Assembly: GCF_018977255.1 (NCBI RefSeq)
Contig: NW_024704744.1
Location: 2,790,001-2,854,000 of the forward strand
DNA from: Callorhinchus milii
Taxonomy: Eukaryota
Direction of reading: 5' to 3'
Length of the DNA: 64,000 nt
Positions within the stretch are counted from its first letter, which is position 1. Each line of letters starts with the position of its first letter. The position numbers and the translations under genes are program-made. The notes beneath the pieces are model-generated. The model was not told where the DNA came from. It saw nothing but the letters and a program-made list of their open reading frames with translations, and did not search any database. Positions 25,261 through 39,554 of the stretch are shown one piece after another.

Positions 25261-27086
25261 TGCCCAAAGGTCAGGTAGTAAATTCACTTCACTCCTTCAC
25301 ATTACCAAGATATTTTACAGCTGGTGGAATGAGCAGGAATTGACAACTCTGAACTACACACTGGGCTCCAGATTACCCCTAAATCACTCCTATCCTGTCG
25401 TTAGACCATTTTCCCAAGATTTAATGCTGCCACAAAAGATTATTACTTAAGGTTGAGGTTATGGAACCTTTCTTGCAGGAACGTCCTATGTATTCCATAC
25501 TGCTGCCTCTGCTCGACTGGCTCCAGCCTCCTGTTCATCCCTCGTCCCCTTCGCTCCACCATCGAAGGCCATGCCTTCAGCCCCTACACCAAGTACAAAG
25601 ATTATTATTATTATTGCCTCTTCAAATAGTCCTGCGATCACCTCCACCTTTCCATCCTGTCCCCCCCCACTTGATGTTTTGAGACATTATCCTTTATCAG
25701 CATGTGGACAACTTGACAACCTGTGGCCCATGTGCCACTTCCGGCCCACTGGCCCATCAAGAAATGCCCCCCCTGAACATTCACACCAGTCTAGGTAAAT
25801 CCGTGTTCAATTAGTAGCGCGTTTTTACTTTTCTGTTGACTGAAATATTGCTTTCATACACATTGGAATAAATCAATCAAGAAAATTCAATGGCCATCCG
25901 TAAAGGTTGGATACCACCACCCTACATGAAAGGTGTCTATGGAAATGCAAGTTATTGCTGTTGTCAGAGCAATGAATGACGCTTTTCTGTCTGTTAATAA
26001 ATCTTTCACATTTTGTCTTGAAACTGTTATTACAAAAACTATACTGAAGACCCATAAACTGGCATCTCAATTAGTTTGCAGGAAACCAAACCATTAGATT
26101 GTATTGGTGCAGTTTTATTGGAGTACTTACCTTCTGAGAGACTGACAAGGTTAATTTCATTGCTTGAAGTGTCTGTCATTAATCTGATATCTGTCCTTCA
26201 TGTTAAATCGGAGTCTATCTGTCTGTTCAGGTGGACGGACATTAAAGATCCTGCAGCACTGTTTGAAAAGAAAAGGGAGTTTCTCCCAGTGTCCTGGCTG
26301 ACAATCCCCAATTCAGTGTATGTAGTATAATTGACACTGCATTGAAGTGCCGGGGCAGCACTTCACTGTTATAATAATTACAATATAATAATAATCATCC
26401 TTGCAATTGATATAGTACCTTATCACATTGTTGACTGTATATTTTTGGGGCAAACCAAGGCAACCAATTGCACACAGCAGTGTCCCTCAAGCAGTCGTGG
26501 ATTGAGTGATCATATTATTATGATTTTCTTTTCTTAGGGATTATTACCCCTAGAAAGCGATCTGTCAATCGACTAACAATCGGGTTTCTACTTTCTGCTT
26601 GGTAAACAGGGGCATGCAGAGTAATAAAATTTGCCTAAGGTTTGGCCCTGCATGGGAATCAAACCCAGGTCCTCTCGCTTGCAAGGCGGGCATGCTAATC
26701 ACTACACTTCAGGACTTGCACTGTTGGTGATGCCTTCCTTCAGATGAGATGTTAAACTGAGCACCGAGTGCCTGTTCAGGTGGATATTAAAGATCAGGCG
26801 TTTTTCATGCAGAGCGAAGTGAGATTGTGGAACTCGCTGCTTGAAGTGATGGTTCAATCAGATAGTGTAGTTGTATTCAAGAGGAAGCTGGACCTTCACA
26901 TGAGGGAGAGGCGAATAGATGAGGATGGGAGCAAGTAAGGAATGGGTGAAGACTCGTGTGGAGTCTCGCTGAGATGTCATCAGCATTGTCCTGGAATACT
27001 GCGGACCCGCCTGGCTCAGGATCCGGACTAGAGACCGTCACAGAGGGCTGCTCCATTCTGACATTCCATTGCCAAACATGTCACCT

Positions 27087-27402
27087 TAATAATAATAATC
27101 CTTGCATTTGATATAGCGCTTTTCACGTCGGGAGTACGTCCCAAAGCACTTCACAGAACACACTGTAAAGTGAATTGACTGTATATTTGTGGGCGAACGC
27201 GGCAGCCAATTGCGCACAGCAATGTCCCACAAACAGTCGTAGATTGAAAATGACCAATTTATTTTTGGTTTGGTTTTGGAGGGATTATTATTAGGCTCTG
27301 TGTGGAGTAAGGAAACTTGCCCAAGGTTTCCCTGCCGGGAATTGAACTCAGGTCTCTCACTTGCAAAGTGAGTGCTCTAACCACTGAGCTACAGGACTCC
27401 AC
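27087..27402 (-). mobile_element. Full-length young tRNA-derived SINE (~315 bp); near-identical copies at ~6370-6693, 10925-11250, 35574-35892, 42308-42638, 44171-44492 and 50262-50593
   Basis: Head gtggagtcctgtagctcagtggttagagc...gagttcaattcc (A/B boxes), body ctgtttgtgggacattgctgtgcgcaattggctgccgc, L2-like tail gcgctatatcaaatgcaagga(tta)n. The 35574 copy has a 7-bp TSD-like aaatact on both sides. Confidence 0.9.
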
Positions 27403-30400
27403 ACTTCAGCTCCAAGGAGACCCCACTTCCCCCCGCCAACCCCCACCCCCCCGACCCCCGCACCACCAAGGAGACTAATCACCAGTTGGTTTATTGACAT
27501 CCGCCAAGCATGGGTTGGAGCCCTCGCTCAGTGGATAGTAAGTTCAGTGTCTCCACGTATATAACATCTCACCTGCTTAGTCCCCTACCCACTACCCATT
27601 GCCTCCGTTCGGCTAGCTCCAGCCTCCTGCTTGTCCCTCGTGCACTCCGTTCCATCGCTACTGTCAAGTGCTCCGGGACCCTACGTTACGTGAGAGGTGC
27701 TAGTAAATGCAAGTTGTTGTTCGCATGGGAGTGACACAGAAATGTTTTGTTGTTAATGGATTCACTTGAATTGCTTTTAACAAAGGTTGACAGCTGAAGG
27801 GAAGGTTTATGAAACCTCTCCTTCGCAATGTAATTGCATGTGATGTTTGTAATATTTTCTCTCTGAGACACTTGGGTCCAATATCAAAACAAATTAAATC
27901 ATCTCAGGGACTGCAACCCCCCCCCCCCCCCCCCGCCTCCTATCCCCAATGCAATGGATAAACAGTAAATCCTAAACCCAGTGTCCTAAAAAAACAAAAA
28001 GAATATGTTGACATATAATAGTAATCCTTACATTTGATACTTACATTTCACATTGGGAGGACGTCCCAAAGTGCTTCACAAGATTTTAATTGATAACAAT
28101 GATCCTTGCGTATGACATAGCTCCTTATCACGTCATTCAGACGTCTCAAAGCTTCACAGAATATACTGCAAAGTGAATTCACTGTGTATTTTGTGGGCGA
28201 ACGTGGCAACCAATTGGGCACACAGTCGTGGATTGTGTAACCAAATCTTTCTTTTTGGACGGATTATTACCCCCGAAAAGCGATCCGCCAGTCGACTACT
28301 TACTGCTACGTAAACAGAGGTGTGTGGAGTAAGGAAGCTTGCTATGGTTTTGCCCTGTCTGGGCTGCAATTTGTTGTTGTTGTTGCGGACAAACACTTTC
28401 CCATGAGTGGGGGGAAGGAGTGAGACAGGATTAATAACTCATTGGTGTACTTCTGTAGCTGACAGGCTCTCAGTCATGCTGCATCTCAAACATCTTGTAA
28501 ATCCAATTAAATATTCAGGTGCCCGTGCCCGCATTGCTCACACTAACAGCTCCGAACCGGAATGCTGAGCTTGGCAATTTTGTACCCAAGTCACAAGATC
28601 ACACGTGGAGTCCTACAGCATATTGGTTTGAGCACTTGCCTTGCAAGCGAGAGGACCCGGGTTAAATTCTGGGCCGGGTGAACGATTAGACAAGTTTCCT
28701 TACTCCACATGCCTCTGTTTACCCAGCAGTAAGTAGGAATCCAGTTAGTCGAGGTGGGGAGAAACCATTTTCCAGGGCTAATAATCCCTTAAAAAAAATC
28801 ATTTGGTCACTCAATCTATAACTGTGGGACACTGCAATTGGCTACTGTGTTTTGCCCACAATATATGCAGTCAATTCATTTTACAGTATATCCTGTGAAG
28901 CGCTTTGAGAGTCTCAACGATGCAAGATAAGGTGAAATATCAAATGCAAGGATTATTATTCTTGTTAAGATTTATTAGGATGAAGAAGATCCTTTAGCCC
29001 ATCGCTCCAGAACACCCACCCTACCGTTCCCCCACGACAGCACCAAGCTGCCTTTCAAACGATTCCCACTGTCCTGTCCTGGATTGAGTGACCAAATTGT
29101 TGTTGTTATTATTTTTTGAAGGGATTATTACCCCTGGATAAGCGATCCGCCAATCGACTAACAACCGAGTTCCTACTTACTGCTAGGTAAATAGAGGTGT
29201 GTGGAATAACAAAACTTGTCTAATGTTTCGCTCAGCCCAGAAATCGAACCCAGATCCTCCACAACGCTTGCGATGCAAGTGCTCTAACCACTGAGCTACA
29301 GGACTCTTTAATATCCACATGAGTCGGGAGACATGGCTTCGGTTTAACATCTCATCTGAAGGACGCCACTTCCAACAACGGAGAACACTCTGAGCATTGC
29401 ATTGGAATGCCATCTTAGATTAGATGAGTTCCAAGTCCCAACATGCGACATGAACCCATAACCTTCTGACTCACGAGGCGAGTGCTACCAATCGAGCCAG
29501 TCTGACTCAATTTGCTTTTAGCGCCCAAAACTACAAGCGACAGAGGATATTCATTTGTAACCTTGAAAAGAGACGTCTCAGAGGAGACCTTAAAGTGCTT
29601 ATATAAGACATTATTGATAGCATTGAGAAAGCAAACCCAGAACACGAGATCATAAGTTCAGCTCTGTAAAAACAAATTTAGAACAGGCAACATGATGAGA
29701 AATTCCATCCATGTCTAGACTTACTCTATTTTCTCAGGTATCTCTTTATGATAACAATAATCCTTGCAATTCATGTAGTGCCTTATCACATAGTTGAGAC
29801 GTTTCAAAGTGCTTCACAGTATATACTGTAAAGTGAATTGACTATATTTTGTGGATGAAATGATGAATATAATAATCATATTTAATGATATATAATGATA
29901 ATAATACATATAATGATTATTATTTCGCCCACAAAATATAGTCAATTCACTTTAGCCACTGTAGTCAATATATACAGATACGCACAACAACAACAATAAC
30001 AACAAATTGTATTTATATAGCGATTGTCATGTTGGGAGGATGTCCCAAGGTATTGGAAGGTGACATGAACATACACATGAGAGAGAGGGGAACAGAAGGA
30101 TATGGGAGGGAGTATAGAGAGTGTGGGGGCTGGTGTGGAGTATAATAATATTAATAATAATCCTTGCATTTGATATAACACCTTATCACATTGCACAAAC
30201 AGTCCCACAAACAGTCGCGGATTGAGTGACCACATTATTTTTGTTGTTGCTTTTTTTCTTGAAGGGATTTTTACTGCTCGGTAAACAGCGGCGTGTGGAG
30301 TAAGGAAACTTGCCTAAGGTTTCACCCTGGCTGGGAATCGAACCCAGGTCCTCTCGGAGTACAAACACCAGCACAAACTGGTTGGGCCGAACGGCCTGTT

Positions 30401-33400
30401 TCTGCGCTGTACAGTCTGGGTAAAATAAAAATTCTTTCCAACCTGCCCCTTCAACTTCCCCACCCAGAATGCTGAGTTAATGACCTCTGGTTACCAAGTC
30501 ACTGACCGGCCGTCCTCTCAAAAACCTTTCATAGTTTGAGATCCAATAAACCCAGAGAGCATCTAAAAGTGCACTTGTACCATAGTCTACAAACACTGTT
30601 GGATGCGGAGAGGAGTTGCCATGGGAATAGAGTACTTGTGAGCACTCGGTCCGAGGGAACTGAGAGTTCTATCCATGTCTCTCTGTCACTGTCACCCAGG
30701 TGTGTTCACTGGGTTCGTTTCCACTCCAGAATATTACAATCATAATAAACCTTACTTTTAAAGAATTATAGAATCATAGACGTTTACTGCACGGAAGGGG
30801 GCCATTCAGCCCATTGAATCCACACGGACTCGAGGAGCAAGCCACACCGTCAACCCCACTGCCGTGCCCTATCCAACACATCCCCTCAAGCCTCTAGCCT
30901 TCATATACCTGTCTGCTTCCCTCTCGTGGAGGTCTGTATCGTAGTGGTTACGTGCTCGCCTCGCAAGCGAGAGGACTTGGGTTTGATTTCCGCGCGGGGC
31001 GAGTTTCCTTTCTCCACGCGTCTTTGTTTATCTAGCGGTAAGTAGGAACCCGGTTGTTAGTTGATTGGCGGATCCCTCTCCAGGGCTCATAATACCTTGA
31101 AAAAAAATAAACCAATAAATAACAATAAATGTTGTGGGACGCTGCTGAGCACAATTGGCTGCCGCATTTTTGCCCACAAAGTATACAGTCAATTCACTTT
31201 ACAGTATATTCTGTGAAGCGCTTTGAGACGTCTCGAAGACGTGATAAGGCGCTATATCAAACGCAAGGATTATTATTATTACCAACTGAGCCAGGCTGGT
31301 TGACTCCTTCTTGAGGTGAAACACGTATACAAATGGTGTAGTGTTGCCTGGAACTGTTCTGATGTTATTTGCTACGGGCAGGATCGCATTTCCGCTCGGG
31401 GTATAGATGTTCCAATGTTTGAGTACCACGGACGGACGCACTGTTTATTCACTCTTAGCGACTTTAATGTAGGTTTGAATGTCTGGCGAGGCAAATGGGA
31501 ATAATTCCACAATGGTAACGCACAGGTTCAGAGCTAATTGTATTCATTCTCGCTTTCTCCTAAATCGGCTGTTGCTATGACAACGATAGATCTAAACTCG
31601 GAGCGTGAGGTCGGCAAAGAGCTTCGCATCTCCTTTTCCCCCCTGGTGGGCTCTCACATAGAGATATTTGCCATAAGCGAAGCATTCCACAACTCGACCC
31701 TCTTGTAACACGCCACTGTAGCAAAGGTCCATGCAATGATACCTTGCGTTATAATTAGCATAGTGGTCAGAGAGTTCGCCTTGCAAGCGAAAAGAACCGG
31801 GTACGATCGCGGGCGGGGGACGAAACTTAAAGCAAGATTTCTTACTCAACACCCCTCTGTTTGCTGAAATGTTAGTCGATTGGCAGATCGCATTCTTGGA
31901 CTGATAATCCCTTAAAAAAATACAATCAATTAACTTTACAGTACATTTGCAAAGCATCTCAATGATGTGATATGCATGGTCGTAGTGGAAGTCTTCAGGT
32001 GTGATCTGAAAATGGGGCAAGAGGGGCAAGATAAAGGGAGTGATGTCAACAACAACGACGATAACAACTTGGGATAGCATCTCAGAGACCTGAATCTCTT
32101 TTTGATGCCTTTTTATCCAGATAACTGCAGTGCCCCTCCTGGCTTCACGATTCATAGCCCTTTGGTCAATATCTGAAATGTCTTACTTTCTGAATCTGAA
32201 ATCCATCTTCGGATGAGATCTTCGGATGAGACGTTAAGCCGAGGTCCCATCTTTGAGATGTCTTGACAAGGTGACTATGTGCTATAATAATAATCCTTGC
32301 ATTTAATAAAGCGCATTATCACTGTCTTCAAGACGTCTCAAAGTTCTTCACCTGATAGACCGTGAACTGAATTGACTATATTTTGTGTCAAATGCAAAGA
32401 TTATAATTATTAATATAACTACCTTCAGGGTAAAGAAATACTTCATGGGGTCTGTCCTGAATTTTCCTTCTAAACCCTGAACCAATGTTGCACAATCACA
32501 AAAGAGTAAACTATAGGAATGTCGGAATCGAGCAGCCCTCTGTGGTGGTCTCTAATCCGATTCCTGAGGCAGGTGAGTCTGCAGTATTCCAGGGCACTGC
32601 TGTTGACAGCACAACCAGCCCGGCTTACCGGCAGGACCTGGAAGGGCAGACCAGTCACTGGGGGGGCAGGCAATCCTCTCACTCATCTCCTGTTAACCCT
32701 GCAAGCCGAAGCCCTATTAGGGTTATTAAGTTATTAAGTGATCGTAGCTGGACAAGCAACATGAAAGCTTGCCAACAGTGCTCTCAATGGCAAGCAATAA
32801 GGTTTTAGCTGGTTAGACTCCATTCGTCTTCGAAGCCCTTCATGCCCTGGCACATCCTTACCTCTCCAACCTGCTTAACCCCCAACCTACAACCTGTTGC
32901 CTGTGATCGACTGGCTCCGGGCTCCTGCGTGTCCCTCATGCCCTCCATTCCACCATTGATGGCCGTGCTTTCAACCGCTATGCCCCAAAAGGATGGCACC
33001 TCCAACAATGTAGCACTCCGCCAGCACTGCCCTGAACATCTTTAACATCCAACTGAACCATCCAACAGGACCATAAAACCAATTGGGACAATAGCAATGC
33101 AGCTCTAATGCAGATAAGAAAACACATGACATCAACATGTTCTACCACATAGGGTGATAGTCACACGGATAGTCAGGATGTGGTTACATGGTGTTCAGAC
33201 CATTGACCCGACACTCTGCGTTCTAACTAACTATTTATGCAGCGCTCTAGACGCTACCCTGAGTGGAGGGCGCTATATAAGTGCAAGTTGTTGTTGCTGT
33301 TGAGGTTAAGCTTCACCTCCGACTGAACTTCTGGGTTTGATTCCCGGACGGAGCAAAACCTTAGGCAAGTTTTCTTACTCCACACGCCTCTGTTTACCTA

Positions 33401-34229
33401 ACAGTAAGTAGGAGCCCCACTGTTAGTCAATTCGCGGGTTCACTTTCCGGGAGTAATAATCCCTTCAAAAAAAATGGGGGTCACTCAATCCACGGCTGTT
33501 TGTGGGACGCTACAGTATGCAAATGGCTGTCGCGTTTTGGCCAAAAAATACACAGTCAATTCATTTTACAGTATATTCTGTGAGGCTCTTTGAGACGTCT
33601 CAGTGGCGTGATAAGGCGTTATATCATATGCAAGGATTATTATTAATAGTTCAAACCATTGACACAAAACTCTAACCGTGGTTTAACTAACGATTTATAC
33701 ACATTAAATCTTCACCTCTATATTGTACATCATTCCCATAACCCCAGACCGCTCGTAGTCTGTGTTGGAAGGCAGACAAAGTACGAGTTGACGTGGATTA
33801 ATTCAAACCAAAGACAAGCTTTATTTACAGGTCAGAAGTGATTAAATAAAGACGGACTCGAGGCTCGACTAATAATAGAGACCCGACTAACAATAGAGAT
33901 GGTAGGAAAAACCCGAAGAGTCTTAGATAAAACATGCGATGACAGCAACCGTTATACATTTATACATACATTTATACAGCGCCTTTCACCTCAGCAGATT
34001 GTCACAAACACACACATACACAACTGTCCATCCCATCACAGCATCAAGCTACGTTTTAAACGAGTCCCAGTGTCCTGGCCTCAACCACCCTTCCTAGTGA
34101 CCCTGTTCCAGTCGTTAATTACCCTCTGTGTAAGGAATCAAAGTGCTTCACAGGGGGTGGCGGGGATAAGTGGGGTATTGTTGGAGCTTAACTGGCTCCG
34201 AAGTGACATTTAGGCAACGGGATGTCGAG

Positions 34230-34720
34230 CGAGCCCTCTGCGATGAACCCTAGTCTGGTTCCTGAGCCATGTGGATCTGCAGTCTTCCAAGATACTGCTA
34301 ATGATAGCACAGCCAGTCTGGATCAATGGCAGGACTTGGAAGGGCAGACCAGTCACTGGGGGCAGGGAATCATCGCACTCAGCTCCTGCTAACCCTGCAA
34401 GCCAAAGCCCTAATGGGTAGGGTGGTCCGAGCTGGACAAGCAGCGGGAAGGTTGGGCAGACAGTGCTCTCAATGGCAGGCTATGCGGTTTTAGCTGGTTG
34501 AACTTCAGTTGGTACCCCAACGCACACTCTGGGGTCCCCAAGCCTTGGCTCCTGCCAACCTGTGCCTAATATTTTCCGGAATTAGGGAGAGGGTGCGCAT
34601 TCCCTTCCAACAGTCTCAGGAATTTCCATGTATAGGTAGGATGAGTGGAATGCTCAGTTTGGTTTGGATACTGTTAAGCCCGTTGCTGGGTTTCTGCACG
34701 TGTCAGACAACCGGCTAAGC
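34230..34720. repeat. Unclassified ~450-bp dispersed repeat; other copies at ~255-695, 32525-32830, 36385-36450, 37060-37310, 45330-45570 and 58600-58760
   Basis: Shared cagaccagtcactg...agctggacaagc...caacgcacactctgg...ccggct blocks in both orientations. Confidence 0.7.
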
Positions 34721-36758
34721 AAAACATTTTTTAATGTAAATGTAAATCCATGTTACACTTAAGTACAGATATTGAGAACGTTGACTGCACAGTTGATCAC
34801 AATAAGATGTCTTTCCGGGACGCTCCATCTGGTAAATCACATCAGAACCCGTCACTCAGCTCAGCAGACACCGTGGTCCACTGCCTGATTAGACACAAAG
34901 AAAAATAATCAGTTGATGCTGAGCATTGCAGTCAATAACCTGTTCTGTGGAGTCCTGTAGCGTTGTGTTTAGAGCTTTCGCCTCACAAGGACCCGGATTC
35001 GATTCCCGGGCAGGGCAAAACTTTAGGCAAATTTCCTTACTCCACTCTTTACCTAGCAGTAAGTAGAAACCCGGTTGACGATCGCTTTCCTGGGGTAATA
35101 ATCTTACCCTCCCCGCAAAAAATGTGGCCTCTCAATCCATGACTGTTTGTGGGACACTGCTGTGCACAATTGGCTGCTGCGTTTCACCCATAAAAAGGAC
35201 ACACGTTACAGTATATTCTGTGAAGTGCTTTGAGACGTCTCAATGACGTGGTAAGGCGCCATCTCACATGCAAGGATTATTATTATTATTATTTTCAGGT
35301 GTGAAATAAACCTGCAGAAGTTCGTCTCCCTCCAAGTGCGCTGCACCATTTGGCCCGTGTCATGTCCCCCGCCCTATCTGCCCCACTATCAGCAGGCGGG
35401 TTTCTGCCTCAAGTTTGAGATATCCTCCCAACATAAAAGGTGCTGCATTAATATTAATGTGTTTTGCATTGTACGTAGGAACACAGAAACAGGAGGAGGT
35501 TAGATACACAGTAAAGCTCCCTCTACAGGGAGTTTTTATATCTGACCTCCTGTTTCTATGTGTCTAAATACTATAATAATAATAATCCTTGCATTTGATA
35601 TAGCGCTTTTCACGTCGGGAGGACGTCCCAAAGCGCTTCACAGAACACACTGTAAAGTGAATTGACTGCATATTTGTGGGCGAACGCGGCAGCCAATTGC
35701 GCACAGCAATGTCCCACAAACAGTTGTAGATTGAAAATGACCAATTTATTATTGTTTTGGGTTTTGGAGGGATTATTATTAGGCTCTGTGTGGAGTAAGG
35801 AAACTTGCCCAAGGTTTCGCCCTCTGTCTGGAATTGAACCCAGGTGTCTCGCTTGCAAAGCGAGTGCTCTAACCACTGAGCCACAGGACTCCAACAAATA
35901 CAAATACTGTAGAATTTAATACAGTATTTGTGTTTTATATAGTTGCCAATATTGTTAATATAGTGGGAGGAGGGTGGGGTGTGGGGAGGGTGCGGATGAG
36001 GGTGGGTGTTGGTGCAAGAGTGTGTGAAAAACCTACCATTTCTGAACTGACTTTACTTTGTTGCTAGGCGTTCTATCAGGAAGGAAAAGAATAAAGTGTT
36101 AACGAGTTACAGCAAGCGACTGCTTGAGTCACTCTGAATTGCAAATCTTTTTTTTAACTTAGACTTGGCTGACACATTCTCCTTTACCGAAAATTAAACA
36201 GTCACTACACATGACAGTAAATCCTGTGAAGTGCTTTCAGACGCCCCTGCTGATGGGTTTTCTGTTTGCTCAGCCGGGGTGTCAGGGGCACGTGATGGTG
36301 GAGGCAGCGTTATATGGAAAGTAACAGGGAGGGAGGTTTCCGTTGGTAACAGGGAGAAAGTTTAAAATAAAATGAGAATTTTGGACACATGCAGAAACCC
36401 ATCGCCGTGCTTAAGAGTCTCGAAACCAAACTGAGAATTCCAAGCATCACGTTGCAAAGCATGTCACCGTGGAGCCAATTCAGCTCCAAGGAGACCCCTG
36501 TTCCCTGCCCACCCCCCCCGCCCCGCCCCAGGTTTGATGTGCTAATTAATACAAGGATGGAGTTGTGCTAATTCGACATGTTGGAAGCCATCCATGATGT
36601 GTGGCGTATATTCTCCAGAGCATTCAGATAGAATTGAAATGCTTCCTTTTTTTTTTGCTGGTGAGATTGTGCAGTTGGCGGACTCACTTGATGCGATGTG
36701 CTGATCAACACAAGGGTGGAGTGAAGAAACGTCGCCGGTTTACCCCGGAGGTTCTTAC

Positions 36759-36800
36759 CGTGTAGATATCGTTAAGTTCCAAACCGAAATCCTGTAGGTT
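36759..36800 (-). CDS. Cytoplasmic exon 3 (NLQDFGLELNDIYT); terminal exon(s) unresolved
   Basis: 42 nt, tttttcttgcag| and ACG|gtaaga, phase 0-0. Same length and same terminal IYx as the previous exon. Confidence 0.65.
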
Positions 36801-38753
36801 CTGCAAGAAAAAGAAACAACTGGAAATGGATGAAGATCCGAGAATGATTAAGTATGGAGAGCAAGGAGAATGGAGAGTGAGGAGAACATACAGCGATGAG
36901 AACAGAGTGATACAATACAAAATTATATTATTGTACAGCGCCTTTCATGTCAAGAGGACTCCCCAAGGCACTGGACAGTCAGGGATTTGGACCCGAGTTG
37001 AGTGTTGGGATTAGGGTGGGTGGAGGGCAGGGAGGGTAAGGTAGGAGGGTGGCCAAAGCTGTGCGGAAACCCATCACCGTGCTTAAGAATATCCAAGCCA
37101 AACTGAGAAGTCCAAGCATCCCACCTACACATGGAAATCCCGGAGATAGATTACTGGAAAGGAATGGGCACTCTTGACCTGGAGGGATGCATCCTGCTGA
37201 CCTAATTCCAGAAAGTATTAAGCGCAAGTTGGCAAGAGCCAAGGCTTGGAGATCCCAAAGTGTGTGTTGGCGCACTGCTTGAGTCAGCAAAAACTGCACA
37301 GCTTGCCAATAAAATGAGAATTAGTGCGAAGAAACAGCTTGATGGGGAAATGATGAGGGCAGCCATAAATCTAAAGTATGTAACTAGGAAGACGAAGGTA
37401 CCGTGGAATTAGAACAGCAACGTACGCATACATTCTGTTCGTTTGTTCTATATCAAATTTAAGGCGTTTTTAACACTGAACTCGAAGAGGGTCACACTGT
37501 GGTACAATGTGGACCTCAGGCTGCTGTGACTGGTGACATGAATGTGAAGGGAGGTCCGTCACTTTCCTTTTCAAAATACTATCCAGCGCCTTGGTATGTC
37601 CTCACGACGTGAAAGGTGCTATACGCATGTAATTTTGCTGTTGTTCCTCTTACACTTGACAGTCTTTCCAACAACAACAACAACACACACAACATTTATA
37701 CAGTGTCTTTCATGTTGGGAGGACTTCACAAGGTACTGGACTTTCATGGATTTGGACTCGAGCTGCGGGTTGGGATCAGGAGGGCTGCTGTTAGGAAGGT
37801 GGCCAAAGGCACGGCCGAAGAGGACGGTCTTGAGAAGGGTGAAGGAGACAAGGGAGGGGGCGAGGGGAAGGGACTATGGGATGGAGTTCTGAAGGGTGGG
37901 AGCAGAAAGGCTGAAAGCCCGACCACTGATGCTGGGGCAGGCCGGACGAGGGACATGGACCAGGCCGGAGCCCGCTGAGCAGAGGGAGTGGAGTTAGCAG
38001 GTCACAAAGGTTGGGAGGAGCAAGGCTGCGGAGGAGCTTTGAAGGCGAGGACAAGGATTTTGAACTTGATCCTCTGGGGAATGGGGAGCCAGTGGAATCG
38101 GGCCAGGGTGGGGTTGATAGAGTCACGGAGCCTGGTACAGGCAAAGAGGAGAAATGTTTGGCAAGAGGTGATGAACAGAATGAGACGATAATAATAATAA
38201 TAATTTGAGATGTCTCAAAGCGCTTCACACAGTATACTGTAAAATGGAACGAAAGTGTATTTTGTGGCTGAAACGTGGCAGCCAATTACGCACAGCGGAG
38301 GATTGCGATCAGGAGGGGTGGAGGGCATGGAGGGAGGGTAGGCATAGGAGGATGGCTGAATGAGCAGTCGCAAAAGAGGGTCACAGAATATACTGTAAAG
38401 TGAATTGGCTGTGTATATTGCGGTGAAACGTGGCAGCCAATTGGACACAGCAGTGTCCCACAAACAGTTGTCGATTGAGTGACCAAATTATTATTATTTT
38501 TTTGGAGGGATTATTACCCCCGGAAATTGATCTGCCAATCGACCAAAAGCTATCTATGGCAGGGAGGAATGGAGGGCGGTTTGGGGATTCTGCAAGATGG
38601 CACAAAGGTGAGGACATTTCTAAAATCCGGTATGAATCGAGAAGTCTGTTCACTGCAGTTCTTAAAAAGAAGGCATTTCACCACATTGTTCCAAAGAAAG
38701 ACTGGCTGAGCATAACTTTAAGTTTTAAGTAAAATAGAGTGGTTTTTTTTTAC

Positions 38754-38795
38754 CGCGTAGATGGTCTCTGAAGACTCTTTAGGATCTGTTGAGAA
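38754..38795 (-). CDS. Cytoplasmic exon 2 (FSTDPKESSETIYA)
   Basis: 42 nt, strong pyrimidine tract ctctctgttgcag|, GCG|gtaaaa donor, phase 0-0. Confidence 0.65.
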
Positions 38796-39554
38796 CTGCA
38801 ACAGAGAGAAAACAGAGAAGCCTCAGAGAAACTGTAACAACAATAACCGTCATGTAAGGTAGTATCTCAGAGCACTGCAACAGACTGCTGTCAGCCTAAG
38901 GAATAACATTACATGTCATATGGTGCCTATAACATTTAAACTCCAATTCCTGTTAAGTTCTCCCACAACTTACCACTTCCTTGCACTGCCTCTGAGCCTG
39001 AAGGCTGTGGTTTCAAACCCCACATCAGCAATTTGATCCCACCGTGTCCAGGCTGAAACTGCAATGCAGTATTGGGGACGTGCTGCATTGATTATGTATT
39101 TTGTGGACGAAACTTAACAGCCAACGTGTGGATTAAATTGGTCATTCAATCCACGACTTTTGTGTCCCACAACAGTCGTGGATTGAATGACCAATTTATT
39201 ATTTTCTTGTAAGGGATTATTACCACCGGAAATTGATCTGCCAATCGAATAACAACCAGATTCCTACTTGGTTCTAGGTAAACAGGCGTGTGGAGTAGGG
39301 AAATTTGCCTAATTTTTCGCCCTACCCGGGAATCGAACCCGGGTCCTCTCGCTTGCTAGGCAAGTGCTCTAACCAATATGTTACAGGACTCTATTATCCA
39401 TTATCATCCTCCATTGTCTGGAGGATTGTTGGCCAGGAAACTGGGAGAAACTTCCTTCACTTTCCGGATAGTGTCATGGGATCTTTGAACGTCCACCTGA
39501 ACAGGCAGATGAGGAGCTTGGTTGAATATCTCTTCACTTCCCATTGAAGTGTAA

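Noticed and set aside
37440-37545. Possible extra cytoplasmic exon giving STLYHSV (ITSM-like)
   Set aside because: It needs phase-2 entry, incompatible with the flanking phase-0 exons, and has no good donor.
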